Source: Octopus sinensis
Lineage: Eukaryota
Length of the DNA stretch: 64,000 bases
Direction of reading: 5' to 3'
Assembly: GCF_006345805.1 (NCBI RefSeq)
Contig: NC_043001.1
Location: 101,370,001 to 101,434,000, forward strand
Shown here: positions 1 to 12,480 of the stretch, one piece after another
Layout of the letters: each line of letters begins with the position of its first letter
Numbering within the stretch: position 1 is the first letter of the stretch
Notes under the pieces: model-generated
Database searches by the model: none
What the model saw: the letters and a program-made list of their open reading frames with translations, nothing else
Told to the model about the DNA's origin: nothing
Position numbers and translations under genes: made by a program

Positions 1-245
1 TTCTCATGCAAAATTCAAGAGAAGGAATGGTGAATTCAACGATGCATGTGCACTGAGTGAAAGGTGGACAGCAACTGAGGTTCTCCTCCCACTAATACTC
101 TCAGCTTGTCTCCAGCTGTTGCTGCTAGTTTGGATGGTCATTATTTGGAACACCATTCATCACCCGAGATGTTTCCTGTTTGAAAAGTTGTTCATAAACT
201 GATTTGTTTGTGATGAGAGGCATCGATAAACCCAGGTTCCTCTCT
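1..245. repeat. Interspersed repeat fragment (possibly DNA-transposon derived), second copy at ~63440-63655
   Basis: Shares AAATTCAAGAGAAGG (11-25 vs 63450-63464) and an exact 26-mer TAAACTGATTTGTTTGTGATGAGAGG (195-220 vs 63618-63643), with colinear similarity between them. Family not identified. Confidence 0.6.
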
Positions 246-612
246 ACATAATGCATTCATTTAATTTCCTCGGGGGTGACCACTGTGACTTACAAGTCAG
301 ATTGTTTCGTGTGGAAATTCGATGCTACCTGAGCAAAACCTACCACTTCTTGCTTAAGTGTACATCATTGTTACTGCTGGAAGAAAGGTACATAATTAGC
401 CCCATCATCTGAACACCTCCATCCCAGATTTACAATTTTAGTTTAATTCTTTAGAATTATACCATTTTCTGAAATGTGAGACAGCGAAGCTCCTGTCGAA
501 AGTGGCCCCATAAGATTATCACATTACACAGCAAATGCATTCGCTTTGCATGGATGGTGCTACATGTGTAACAGAGAAGAGTGCAGTGTCACAAACAGTC
601 TATCAAATATAA

Positions 613-870
613 ACCCTGTAAAGTGGTTGGCGTTATGATGGGCATCCAGCTGTAGAAACTGAGCCAAAAACAGACAAATGAAGCCTGGTGTGGTCTCTGG
701 CCTTGCTAGTTCCTGTCAAGCCATCCAAAACCCATGCCAGCATGGTAAAATGATGATGATGAAGCCTGTGTTGATCTGACTTGAAATTACAATGTTGATG
801 ATGGTGACAACTATGACTATGATGATGACGATGATGATGATGATCATCATCATCATCATTGTCATCAGGA
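613..870 (+). mobile_element. SINE 3' half (GGGCATCCAGCTGTA family) with (GAT)n tail
   Basis: GTGGTTGGCGTTA...GGGCATCCAGCTGTAGAAAC...CCCATGCCAGCATGG followed by a (GAT)n tail. The same module recurs at ~5250-5500, 33330-33420 (-), 53880-53960 (-), 55380-55450 and 57570-57790 (-). Confidence 0.8.
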
Positions 871-1519
871 AGACTGCAGCAACAATAAACAAAGTGATCT
901 TGTTGAATGCGTTGGTTGCAAATAAAATAATTAGTATAACAGGACATTGACACAACAGTGAGTTAAGGCTGAGACAGGAAATTGATTTTGTGGTTATTTT
1001 TCATAGATTTCCTCACTTGCATGAGCAAAAAAAAACAAAAGAAAATTTGACGCATTAAAACCTATGTTTTTATTGTTGTTTTTATTCATATTATTTGTTT
1101 AGAGATATTTTTTCTTTTTCCTACCATTTTTTTTTTTCATTCTGTTTTCCATCCTGGCATAGTCAGGAGATAACGGAATATTTCAAACATTTGCATAGGA
1201 ATGGTTTCTTTCATCCTTCTTAATCCTATTCCTAAAGACTAATCTACAGAAACAGCCAAATTACACCCATCCCACCAAGATAAACACACACACACACACA
1301 CACACACATGTATATATATATATATTACTTTTTTAGCTTTTATTTGTTTCATTCATTAGAATATGGCCAAGCTGGGGCAGTGCCTTGAAGAATTTTTAGC
1401 TAAATGAATTAAATCCAGTACTTTTTTCTTAAGCATTGTTCATATTCTATCAGTGTTGAGGGCTTATATATATATATATATATATATGTATGGAAATTAA
1501 ATATAAAATATAAATTACA

Positions 1520-1830
1520 AAGTGGGACAAGAACGCAAAAACACACAAGGAGACGACACAAAAAAACAGACGGGTCACTCGAAGCCTCTAATCTTCAGTC
1601 GGGAACCAGATCATCTTAGTAATTTCGGCTGTTTAATCTCGATATTACTCCGACCCGGCCAGCCCCAAGGAAAAACCAAGCCACAGGCATTGGATTTCTT
1701 GGAAAGAGGGTCGAATGTATACAGAACAAAGACAGGATGCCACACGAATATAAATACTAGAAACAAAAATATATATAAAAAACAGAAATAAAAAACACGA
1801 ATGACTTTAGACAATTTTTAACTTATCTTG
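1520..1830 (-). mobile_element. Interspersed repeat, probably PLE-related; diverged relative at ~23630-23830
   Basis: Both loci share GA(C/T)GGGTCACTCG, then ..CAGT, a GGC(C/T)(A/G)-CCCC-AA motif and a (C/T)AAGC block. Lies just right of a (TA)n tract. Confidence 0.45.
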
Positions 1831-3234
1831 GCTGGCGTATATGAAAAAAGCCTTCAACGGCAAAAACAAAAACAACGTGAGCATGGCCGCGGTCAGGCCG
1901 AAATGACCAGTTTGAACGCGGTCATGTGAGATATATATTTATAGTGAGTGACAGATATTCTCTATATAGAATACACTTCGTAGTGCTCAAGAGGTTTAAA
2001 CTTGACCAGGCAGAGAAGTAAATGTATGGATGAGCAAGTTAGGCAAGTTGATATACAAAAAATATTGAATACATTTAATACGAAAGATGCACATATGTTT
2101 ATATATAAAGAGGACTGACCTAGCTTCATTAAAAACCCCTAACCCAGAAAATTATTTCCTCCCCCCCACTACTCTCTTTCTAAATTTCCTTCCAACTTCT
2201 CCTTCTAATACACTTAATTCTCCACAAAATCATTCCATCTTTAATCTCCTTTCTGTCGACACCTCAAATGTAAAATTCTTCCCTGAAGATGGAGGTTGGT
2301 ACTATCCAATGATGGAATTAATTTACAATCCTCATTTTGGACCAGAATGGGTTCGATCTTGTTATTAGATGAGTCTGTTGTAAAGGTCACTCTTCTATTT
2401 TCTTATGTTAAGAGGTTATGAGAACGAAGATTTTGTGTATGCTGAGCAGACTTGAAAGTTTTAAAGAGATGGCTTTTCCTCACTGGTCAAACATTCATCA
2501 ATTTATTCAAATTCAACTTGAAGTGACAGCTGATGCTAAAAAGGAGATGTTCTCCATTAATTTCATGAAAAATAGATGAGAGTATTAACTATGGAGTTAT
2601 CGGTTGGCAGCAAGCACTGAGAGAAGGTACTTGTCTGGTGGCCCCTGCAGAGATGGTACTTTGAATCATGCTATGGCCCCAGGAGAATGTCTTATCTGAT
2701 TTCTGAGATGTTTGTCTTTAGACACTGACATTCTTATGCATTTATCAGTTTTCTTTCGATGATTTCCAAACTCTTACTCAATATAAATCCTTGTTTTTTT
2801 TGTTGTTTTCTTTTGTACTTCATCCCAATGTCTTGAGCCATAGTGGCCAATAAAATAAACCCTTATTATTAGGATTAGATTCCAGTCCACTTGAATCTGA
2901 TGCAACTGGCAGGGATTAAGGGAGATACTTTATGTCTGTTGTACATTTAGGGTTCAAATCCTACTGGGTTTAACTTCACTTTTCATTCCCAAAAGGTCAA
3001 TATTTTAAATATTCCTTTGATAATAAGATCGATTCAACCAAGCAGACTTCTAAGAAGAAAAAAGTCTTCTGAATGGGCAAAAGAAATAATTATTTATATT
3101 CGATTTAGCAGAGGTTCGAGTGAGATGCCTTACAGCTTAATTGCAAGAAGCAATTATTGGTGTTTGCATTGTTTTCATCATTTTCTTTTTTTTTTGCTGG
3201 CTGGGGAGGTGTGTGTGGGGGTGGGTAGGGAAGG

Positions 3235-3895
3235 TGGTAGCAAATAGTGGAGTTAGTAATGTTGGTAGTGGTGGTGTTAGTGGTAGTAGTGATGACAATG
3301 TTAATAGTGGTAGCATTATTACTCGTTTGTTGGAGGTGCAGATTGGTGGTGGTGGTGATGGCAGTGGTAGAGGTGGTGGTAGTGGTGGTGGTGGTGGTGG
3401 TGGTGATGGTAATGGCAGTTGTGGTTGTAGTAATGTGGACAATGGTCGTATTTGTGATGGTGGTAGCGTGATTGGAGTAGAATAGATAGTAGAAGGGATG
3501 GTGATGCTATTGGTGGTAGCATGGTGGTGGCGGTGGCGGCAATGGTGGTTGTGGTGGTATCGAGGTACTGTTGGTGGCATTAGTAGCTGCAGTATTGGAA
3601 ATGGTAGTTACAACGGTTCTAACCACCTGGAATAGCAATGGCTGGTCCACTTTATCAGCATCATCATCATCATCATCATCATCATCATGAATGATACGAA
3701 GATTTTGAGAGAGAAAATGACACCGCCAGCAACAATGACATCAAGAACAGTGAGAACAACAAGAACAAAGCTATCACAAGCCATTACAGAATGAACAAGA
3801 ACAATGGAAGCAATGATACTAGCAACAACAACAACAACACAACAACAACAACACTAGGAATGCAATAAAGTCAACATTAACAGCAACAACAAAGA
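3235..3895. repeat. Compound trinucleotide low-complexity tract (GGT/GTA, then CAT, then CAA)
   Basis: Direct reading of the sequence. It explains the Gly-, Pro-, Val- and His-rich ORFs at 3137-3580. Confidence 0.9.
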
Positions 3896-4315
3896 GTATT
3901 AACATGAGATGATATGGAATCTGTTGAAAGAGGAAACACAACAACCACAGAAGCGGTTACATGAGAAGCTAGAAGAGTCAGTTGTTGCTGCTTGCAGGCA
4001 AAATATCACATAAAAGGTGGTCTTGATTGTTAAGAATGGAACCAAATCAAATAATGAATCTGGAGATGTTGGAATAGTGTTACTCACTGAGATCGTAGAA
4101 ATAGTAAGACACCAGATTGAATGTCTTCTAATATTCAATACTGCTTATCTGCATTCTGAGTTCAAACTCTGGCTCATAATTTCATTTCTCTGAGGTTAAT
4201 CAAATATTTATGATGCATTAAATCTAAGACGGAACTATGAAGAATCTGTCCACCACCATTGTCACACACTGACACGAAGTAACTGTCACCTCTTTTTGGT
4301 TTCATTCAAATCAAT

Positions 4316-4560
4316 GGGGCTCAACCATTTTTGTGTCTGTTGGCCCCTTTGATCCCTGTTTTGCTGTACCGGATCCCTATAGCCATTCAATGTTTAAAAA
4401 CACATATTTTTATAATTAAAAATTGAAAGAAATTGCATTAAAATATTGTTAAAATATTTTTTGTGTATTGCACACAAATTTTGACAATGGAATCTCATGT
4501 GGGCCGCCAAATCTCAAATCTGATTGAGAACAATTGCATAAAACGGTTGAGGATCTGCTT
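4316..4560. mobile_element. hAT (Charlie-like) MITE remnant; related copy at ~27388-27605
   Basis: Starts GG(G/TT)CTCAACCATTTTT and ends near (G/C)TTGAG(G)A. The two copies are colinear (CCCTTTGATCC...CCATAGCCATT...). Ends resemble the CAGTGGTTCTCAA-type TIR of Charlie-like hAT elements. Confidence 0.5.
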
Positions 4561-5182
4561 GCAGCCATCACATCTTTATTACTCTAAGATTTTCTAAGAT
4601 TTACCTACTCTAAGATTTTCTAAGATTTACCACTTAAACTCATGGTTCTCAAATTTAAATCCAAAGATTTTTGAGTAGCAGACATGATACAGTTGCTTCA
4701 TAGAGAAGGTTGTTGGTTTCAGTATTGTCCAAGACATGAATGGCATCCCAGACCACCATGCTATTTAATGCTTCAAAAACAATCAAAACTTGCAGCTACC
4801 AGCATAAATTCCTTTATATAAGCCGATATTACTGAATATAAAACCCATATTGTAAAACCATATTATTGAAGCAAATGGATCCAATATTACTTTAGTATAG
4901 AAATCTAACTGCTAGAGAAAAGTGTCGGTAGGATTAGTCTGTATGATTATAATGCAGAATATTCTATCTAGGAGTTGTTTTTAATCATTGCACATAACCA
5001 TGGCTACCCAAGTGGAGCTGATTGTGGTCATGTACAACAAATACAAACTTGCACATTAAAAGTTATGTGTGTGTATGTACGAACTTGTGTATGTATGTGT
5101 ATGTATGAACTTGTGTGTGTGTGTGTATGAACTTGTGTGTGTGTGTGTGTGTATGTGTGTGTGTGTGTGTGTGTGTGCGTGT

Positions 5183-5548
5183 GCATCGACTTGCAAGTAC
5201 TTGGTGACCCTGTCAGTGCAGGTGCCACTTAAAAAGTATCCAGACCACACTGTAAAGTGGTTGGCATTTGGAAGAGCATCCAGCTGTAAAAAAACATGTC
5301 AAAACTGACCTTGCCTGAGCTTGTGCCATGTAAAAAGCACTAAGTGCACTCTGCTGAGTGGTTGGTGTTAGGAAGGGCATCCAGCTGTAAAAATCCTGCC
5401 AAGTTACAGAAGTCTGGTGCAGGCTTCTGCCTGGCTGGTTCTTGTCAAACTGTCCCACCCATGGAAGGCAGCATGGACGGCGGATGTTAAACAAAGATGA
5501 TGATGGGGAGGAGGACTACGACGACGATGATGATGATGATGATGATAT
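5183..5548 (+). mobile_element. SINE with internal tandem duplication of the GTGGTTGG..GGGCATCCAGCTGTA unit and a (GAT)n tail
   Basis: Two successive units (5250-5290 and 5355-5392), then CCATGGAAGGCAGCATGGACG.. and GAT repeats. Confidence 0.75.
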
Positions 5549-5914
5549 GTGAAGAGAGAGAGAGATGGGGGAGGGTGTAGAGAGAAAGAGAAAGGCTCCA
5601 GAGAGGATAAATGGGAGGAAGAAGCAGTTCATTAAAATATTTTTCTTCTCAAAATTAGAAAGACATGCAATGATTATTAGGTGACACTTTTTTTTATCAA
5701 ATTAACTGGATAAATATATAGAACCATCACAAACACACAAACAAAACAATTTCAAGCTTGTGCACAAATGTATGTGCAGTGAAAAGCATTCATATTGTAT
5801 ATGAAACTATAAACACAATTAAATAGTCATTTAATCTCTTTGTATAAGCATCAAAGGTGCAAAGTTTGCACATATTTTCACACAGTCACAAGTGCATATT
5901 TCTTTATAAACAAA

Positions 5915-6293
5915 CTAGCAGTATCGCCCGGCGTTGCTCGGGTTTGTATGGGAAATAACTATATAAGCATTTTTAGAGAGTTATAGCCAAAAAATAGCAA
6001 AAAATGCATTAAAAATGGAAAAAAATGATGGTAAATTTTTTTTTAAATCGTTGACTCATCGTAGACATTTTTAGAGAGTTACTTCCCTTATATAATAGCG
6101 AAAAAAATGATGGTAATTTTTTTTTTAAATCGTAGACTCAGCGTAGACGTGCGCTAATACCCAGAAGGGCTCAATATGAATCACGACTATAAGATACCGG
6201 GTTTTGGTTAAACTGCACTGCAAAATGTGGGAGCAGTTAGGAATCTAAATCGTAGGAGACAGACAGCACACAACCTCACTTTTATATATAAGA
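5915..6293 (-). mobile_element. Non-autonomous Helitron (Lep1-like)
   Basis: On the minus strand: A|TCTTATATATAAAAG...CTGTCTGTCT start, subterminal hairpin CCCGAGCAACGCCGGG, end CTAG|T. This gives 5'-TC, 3'-CTAG and insertion between A and T. Confidence 0.85.
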
Positions 6294-7715
6294 TATAAAG
6301 ATGTGCATAGAAATTCATATTAATATGCATACATAGATATATGACAAACAAATGTTGATCTTAGAAACTACTGATAAAGTTGCCTTTTTACGGCAATTCT
6401 CAATGCTACAGGTTGAAAACAAGATTCAGCTAAACTTTTCATTTGAATCAGCTAAAACTTTTCAGGATCATCATAATACTTTTAATCAATTTCTGCCCAT
6501 TGTCTGTGCAAACAACATGAATGAACATAAAAAATAATGCCAGTAGAATTAAAAACGGAAATATGAAATTTGTAAGATTCATGAGCATAAAAGGCATTTT
6601 CCTTTTGACAAATTCAACAGTGATCTGAGGATCAAGATTAAGCAAAAACGATTGCAACAAAAAGAGAATGGATACCTAAAAGAATGATGTCACAAAAGAA
6701 CAACATTTCCAAAGAATTAAATTATTCAAATTTGAATCCAAACATCAATAAGAAGCCTTCTCTGACAGAAGACAGAAAGCAGTGAGACGGAAGTCTATAT
6801 AAGATTAACAAATTAAAAATAGATTATATGTAATGAGAACTGGCAAAGCACCCAATGTTCATAGGTTTTTGGCGATATAGAAAGAGAATATGATGGAAAT
6901 ACGCAGGAAAGGAATTTTCTTGTCAATAACCTTTTTACTTTTCTATTTATATAAGGATAAAACAATTTGTTGGGATTTCTAAAGAACAAACTACTGTAAA
7001 CTTAACAATAAATCAATATATGTATAAAATTACAGTATCACGGTATAGAGCAGACTACTGGACATTGTTATGCATCACTGGTCACAAAATGTTTCACATT
7101 GTTTTAGCTTCCAAATGATGTTACCCTACTGGCAAGGTGAGCAGGCCAATATTCCCCCTGCTTGGAAGGTTACTCCACCACAGAGTTACACATTTACACT
7201 ATAAAATACTGATGGTAATATTGTTGTTTTGTGACTGACAAAGCAGAAACTGTTGTAAAACGAAAAATATCTTTGACTACCCAAAAGAGGCTAGGGATTA
7301 AAATATTCAGATTCAGCAGTAAATAAAAACTGGCAGACATTGCAAAATTGTAGCCAAATTCCAAAATTCCATACCATAATCTTTGTGCGAGACATGCAGA
7401 AATCATTGATGACCCAACCTTAAAATTGTGCTGACTAAAGCACTGAGGATCAGAAATCCTTAAGAATACGTATATATATACACACACACACAAAATATGG
7501 AGGTTTAATTTACAGGTGATCTAAATGACTAGGTACACTAGGTAAGTGCTATAACGGATTACTAGGGTACCAAAGCTATAGCTGAGACAGTAGTTATGGA
7601 GACATTACATATTTCTGATATAGTAGATATATAATTGTTAAAGAGGGCAACAAACGTTAAGGCAAGGCAAACATCTCTAGTCATATGCATTATTATTATT
7701 AGAAAAAAATTCTAA

Positions 7716-7771
7716 GTCTTACAGCTATTTCTGGGATATGCCAGAGTATGAGATATTCCATCATTGGAGAC
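7716..7771 (-). ncRNA. Minimal type I hammerhead ribozyme, degenerate
   Basis: Minus strand: GTCT-CCAATGA-TGGAATATCTCATACTCTGGCATATCCCA-GAAAT-AGCT-GTA-AGAC. The core is altered (CCAATGA; GAAAT). Confidence 0.6.
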
Positions 7772-8004
7772 AAATAGGGAAAATGAGAAGAGTATACATT
7801 AATGAAATGACAACATAGAGGACAAGAATAAGGAGATGAAGAAAGAGAAGAAAAAAGAAGCATAAAAGTTCATAGTTAAACTTTCTGATCTTGTAAAAAT
7901 AAGTCCATAAGTCCTTAGGTACAATCCTGCATAAATCCATGTAGGTTAAAGTCCTGATAGTGTAAATATTTCATTGATCTATACCTTTCTCATTTTCCCT
8001 ATTT

Positions 8005-8060
8005 GTCTCTGATGACAGAATATCCCATACTCTGGGATATCCCAGAAACACCTGTAAGAC
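8005..8060 (+). ncRNA. Minimal type I hammerhead ribozyme
   Basis: GTCT-CTGATGA-CAGAATATCCCA-TACTC-TGGGATATCCCA-GAAAC-ACCT-GTA-AGAC. Core intact; stem I GTCT/AGAC; stem II ATATCCCA/TGGGATAT; loop 3 ACCT instead of palindromic AGCT. Confidence 0.8.
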
Positions 8061-8154
8061 GTTGAATTTTTTTCCAATAATAATAATGTATATGACTTGA
8101 GATTTTTGCCTTGCCTTAACGTTTGTTGTCTTCTTTCACAATTATATATATATG

Positions 8155-8155
<1 letters not shown>

Positions 8156-8226
<71 letters not shown>

Positions 8227-8227
8227 C

Positions 8228-8293
<66 letters not shown>

Positions 8294-8297
8294 ATAC

Positions 8298-8349
<52 letters not shown>
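8156..8349. repeat. (GATA)n microsatellite
   Basis: About 48 near-perfect units by eye. Confidence 0.95.
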
Positions 8350-8817
8350 TAATGCAGATTCGTAAATCTTGCTAAATCGTTCTATTAAATAAATTGCAAT
8401 TCTAATTGGGACAGATTGAATCAAACAAGGAACGAGGGTACTTAGTTATGAATCACTGACAAATTACATGTTATGTGTGTGTACAAATAGTAGGTAACTT
8501 ATTTATACTAATACATCCAGAATCACTGCTAGGTTAGCTGCAAGGTTAGAGTTTGATAATCAGTTGGTGACAATGAAATTTAGAGATAGATTTCTATTTC
8601 CATAACCTGAAATATACGTAGAGATTAAGAAAAGCAAAAGAAATCGAAAGTCTTTCACAGTGTTCGATAGTAATTGCCAAACATTTAGACTGGAGTTATA
8701 TTTCCTTGATGAACGAAGTATGGCAGTTATTTGTATGCCATATTGAAGTGTGTAGCTGGAGAATATGAGCCAAAGATTGGTTGGATATTTGATTTAATTT
8801 TTAACGTAAGGCCTTGT

Positions 8818-9090
8818 GAAGGCATGTGGCCTAGTGGATAGGGGTGTTCAGCTTATGATCATTAGGCCCTGAGTTCGATTCCTAGTGGTGTGTTGTGTCC
8901 TTGAGCAAGACACTTTATTTCACATTGCTCTAGTCCACACAGCTCGCAAAAATGACTTATACCTTGTCTCATTTTGTGTCAAGCTGAATAACTACATTAA
9001 GGGTCTGTGGAGCATTCAGCCACTTGCACATTAATTTTACATGCAGGCCATTCTGATGATGGATCAATTGATCAATTGATTGAGTGCCAG
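8818..9090 (+). mobile_element. tRNA-derived SINE
   Basis: A-box TGGCCTAGTGG, B-box GAGTTCGATTCC, then the CORE-like GTGTCCTTGAGCAAGACACTT block. Related heads at 19100-19215, 19690-19740 and 28135-28260. Confidence 0.75.
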
Positions 9091-10195
9091 TATGTAAAAC
9101 CCTACTAACTCACATATCTCCACACTATGATAGCATCCCATGCTTAAAACAGTTTCTTTTTATATAGTCAACATAGTTCATAGCAAAATCATGTGAACTT
9201 TCTTAAGTGCATTATCATATTTGCTGTCCTCTGTACTGAATCCTTCAGCAGAGTCAAAGACTTAATGGTAGGGATTTTCCAACCAATGGATAAAAGTCTA
9301 AAACGCTGAATTGTCTATATGCAATTTTTCTATTCCTTATGCAGTTGAACTAGTCCATTGCAGATGTACAGTTGTTTCATTACTGAAATTTTGATTATTT
9401 TGGATTTGATACCAATATTACTCACTCTACTCATTTCATTTTTAATGGCTTTACCAGTTTGCATTTGTAGTCTAACTCTACTTGGTGATTGACTTATGAT
9501 CCTTCAGTGTTATGTATGATTGTGATCTTGCAGTGTTATTATTTTGATTTCTGTTTGTTACTTCTTTTGCCTCTTTGTTTATTTTAGTTTGTTTGATGTT
9601 TGCTTTTTTTATATGTTTTTTATTCTATTTCAGCAACGCTTTTGATTGATATCTTTGTCTGCTACAAAGAGTTTCCTTTGTTTTGTCTTTGAATATGTAA
9701 GTTTCTTTGAACATTCATAATGATTATTCATTTTGTTTTGGGAAGTTGTTTGTATAATTGTTAAAATGTCGATTTGCTTTGTTTTATTCTTAACAAATAA
9801 GTTGTTGAGACAGACTTAAATTACAAGCTTCTAAATTATACTTTTCTTGGGATTCATGTGTCATTGTTACCTTTTTTCTTGTTCTATACTCACCATCGCA
9901 TTCTTTTGATTACGACTTCAACTTTTTATTTACGTATTTCAGAAATTACTTTCTTGAGGTTAGAAGTTTTTTCTTGTTGATTCTGGTCCCTGCTCAGTTT
10001 GCTTTTCGATTTCTACAGCGAATTCCATGGGATAAGATCTGTTTACTGCATGCAAATGTTTGTTTCTCTGAATGAATGAGGAGGAGAGAGCTTAATGTAT
10101 ATTTCAGAGTACATATGCCTTATTTGAAATTAATATTTGTGTGCATATGTATGGGTGTGTATGTAAATATGTATGCAAGTATTCCTCTACGTATG

Positions 10196-10320
10196 TATGT
10201 ATGTATGTATGTATGTATGTATGTATGTATGTATGTATGTATGTGTGTATGTATGTATGTATGTATGTATGTATGCAATTATTCATCTATGTATGTATGT
10301 ATGTATGTATGCTTGTATGT
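10196..10320. repeat. (TATG)n microsatellite
   Basis: Direct reading; source of the MYVC/HTYI ORFs. Confidence 0.95.
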
Positions 10321-11929
10321 GTTAGTTTGCAGATGATTTCACAACTCCACTGAAACATATCCCACTGCTCTCTCTCTCTCTCTCTCTCTCCTTAATTCAT
10401 TCTGAGATACTCTGTATCATCACCCATCGTTATCATCATTTAATATTCGTTTTCCACGTTGCCACGGGTTGGACATTGTGTGTGTATGCATGTGTGTGCA
10501 TGCATGCATGTGTGTGTGTGCATATTGTGGTTGACTAATGAGTACCTGATTTTATCAATGAACACCAGCTGAGAAAGGAAACAGATTTCGAAACATTATG
10601 ATGGCCCACAAGGTTTCCTTTAGGTAAATGCACATTTCCATTGTACAAATATATTTGTACTTGAGAATCAGTCTTTACATTCATTTCATTAGCACAGTCA
10701 TGGTACCAACTAACTCCATTAGTCACAAAAATCTCCCGGTGCATCAATGTCACGTTTTGATGAATTAAGAGGACATATGAATATGGAGACTAAGTCTGTT
10801 TACTTGCCACATGGAATAGTTCTTCGCAATTGTAAGCATTCTAACTTAACATATTTTTCTTAGTAGAGCAGTATTTTTAGTTTCTGAGAAGGAATTTTTA
10901 TGGTTTTATGCAACAACACCCACTTCGTTCATTACATTCAACATAGAATACTTTAAATATCTCCTCATTTTGACTGACTATTATTTGTCACATGACAGAA
11001 CGATAGGTTGATTTTGTCAGCACAAGCCAAGGAAACAAAATATTGTGAAAACATGATGTTCTGGGAAAATTCTCTGAGGTAGATATATCCATCATTTCGT
11101 TTCAAGATTCAGTCTCTCTGTTTGTGTCGTTCTCAGAGTCTTTGGCCATTTTACAGACAATCTTCATTCATCTGAGAGTATTTTTATTGGTATATCTGGT
11201 TTCAATGATTTTCAATATGTTAGGAATAGCTTTTTTAAAACTACTTACCACATAAAATAACTACTTCATATTTTAAGCTTTCTAACTACATATATATATA
11301 TATAATATATATATATATATATCAGAATAGGTGGTAAAATAATCTGGATTTATTTTGTTTCCCCAGAAATGGATCACACCTCCAACAAATTCGAAGATTG
11401 TAGAGAACTGTTTTGGTTAAAAGTTCTGACTTTGGTCTTCTTGTTTGACTCAAATCACTTTTTGAAATTATGTCTTGTAGCCAACTACTACATACATACA
11501 CATAAGAATACATACACACATATACTACACATGCTCACTGTAGGCTATAAGTTTTATTTTAGTCTGAAATTAATAGATTATGACTTAGCTGTTTCATGTT
11601 TGACCAATTTTCAGTCGGTTAGTTTAGTAAAGGAGACAGTTTTGCGTACAGTCTAATCCATCATTGAATAATCACATGAACAATACAAAACTATTTGATG
11701 GAGTCAGAACGTCATAGAATAAGGCTATCTGTGGTTCAATCACTTGTCTTTTTTATATATAATGACAAAAACTGACAACATTTTAATTCCTATTTTCTGA
11801 AGAAATATTTTGATGTATATATATTTTTAGAACGTGATTGAATATATTATGCAACTATATGTATTTCATCTGTTTGATAATTCATTGATTTATGTCAACA
11901 AAAAGATATCAGTTATTAACAGTTCAAGA

Positions 11930-12480
11930 TGGAACTTTTGGGAAACATTGTATAGATTTTTCTGAGAAGCAAATGTTACAATTCTTCTTAGCTTGTTTAT
12001 GAAGTTTGGCATATTGTAATATATTCCAGACAATTTCATATTCCAGAACACTTATTAGTTCTTAGAGAACATATATATTTTAATATTGGTTATTCTTACA
12101 AATTTAATTTGGTTATTCTTACAAATAACCAAACCTTTTTGGTCATTTGTAAGAATGAAGATACTGATTAATTTGTACTTCAAATGTATTTTTAGTAACC
12201 CATTATTATCCTTTATTACCTATAGAAACTAAGTTACCAACTGTAAATTCGTTTCATGCAATAAACTGTTGATTCCAAAAGAAGGGAATTATTTAATGGA
12301 CAATTTACAAATGAAGACAAAGTTGCATGACTGAGGAACATACAGGTGTACGTAGAATGCTGTTCAAAACTTCTATCATTATTGTATATTATTTCGGTTG
12401 CAAAATTAAGTGCACAGCTGAAGCTAAATTTAACATTGTTTCTATTAAAAATCTTATGATGTCTATGATTCTTTCTATGT
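11930..12480 (-). pseudogene. Penelope-like element ORF remnant (RT-EN linker and GIY-YIG C-terminus)
   Basis: Minus-strand translation gives HRKNHRHHKIFNRNNVKFSFSC, NCPLNNSLLLESTVY and EIVWNILQYAKLHKQAKKNCNICFSEK (11957-12037). These match the recalled PLE motifs HKIFNRNxVKVSYSC, CPLNGxCLxxSIVY and IxWxILxxAKxYxxGxKxCxLCLxEK. Frameshifted. Confidence 0.75.

Larger units (their letters stand above)
7492..8149. mobile_element. Non-autonomous Penelope-like element: inverted pLTR pair plus tail extension
   Basis: 163-bp inverted arms at 7627-7789 and 7987-8149, each carrying a hammerhead motif. 7492-7630 is shared with 48743-48885. Flanked by (TA)(CA)n on the left and (GATA)n on the right. Confidence 0.8.

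Noticed and set aside
469-510. CTGAAATGTGA-GACAG..CTGTC-GAAAG hammerhead-like motif
   Set aside because: Good stem II, but the core has extra bases and there is no stem III/UH or stem I.
3137-3580. Gly-rich and Pro-rich overlapping ORFs
   Set aside because: GGT low-complexity sequence, typical of this genome's simple repeats.
3900-4050. Possible Tc1 transposase C-terminus (IWNLLKEE..)
   Set aside because: Too short and diverged to call without an alignment.
10564-10605. CTGAGAA..GAAACATT hammerhead-like motif
   Set aside because: G8 is missing and stem I is unconvincing; likely chance.
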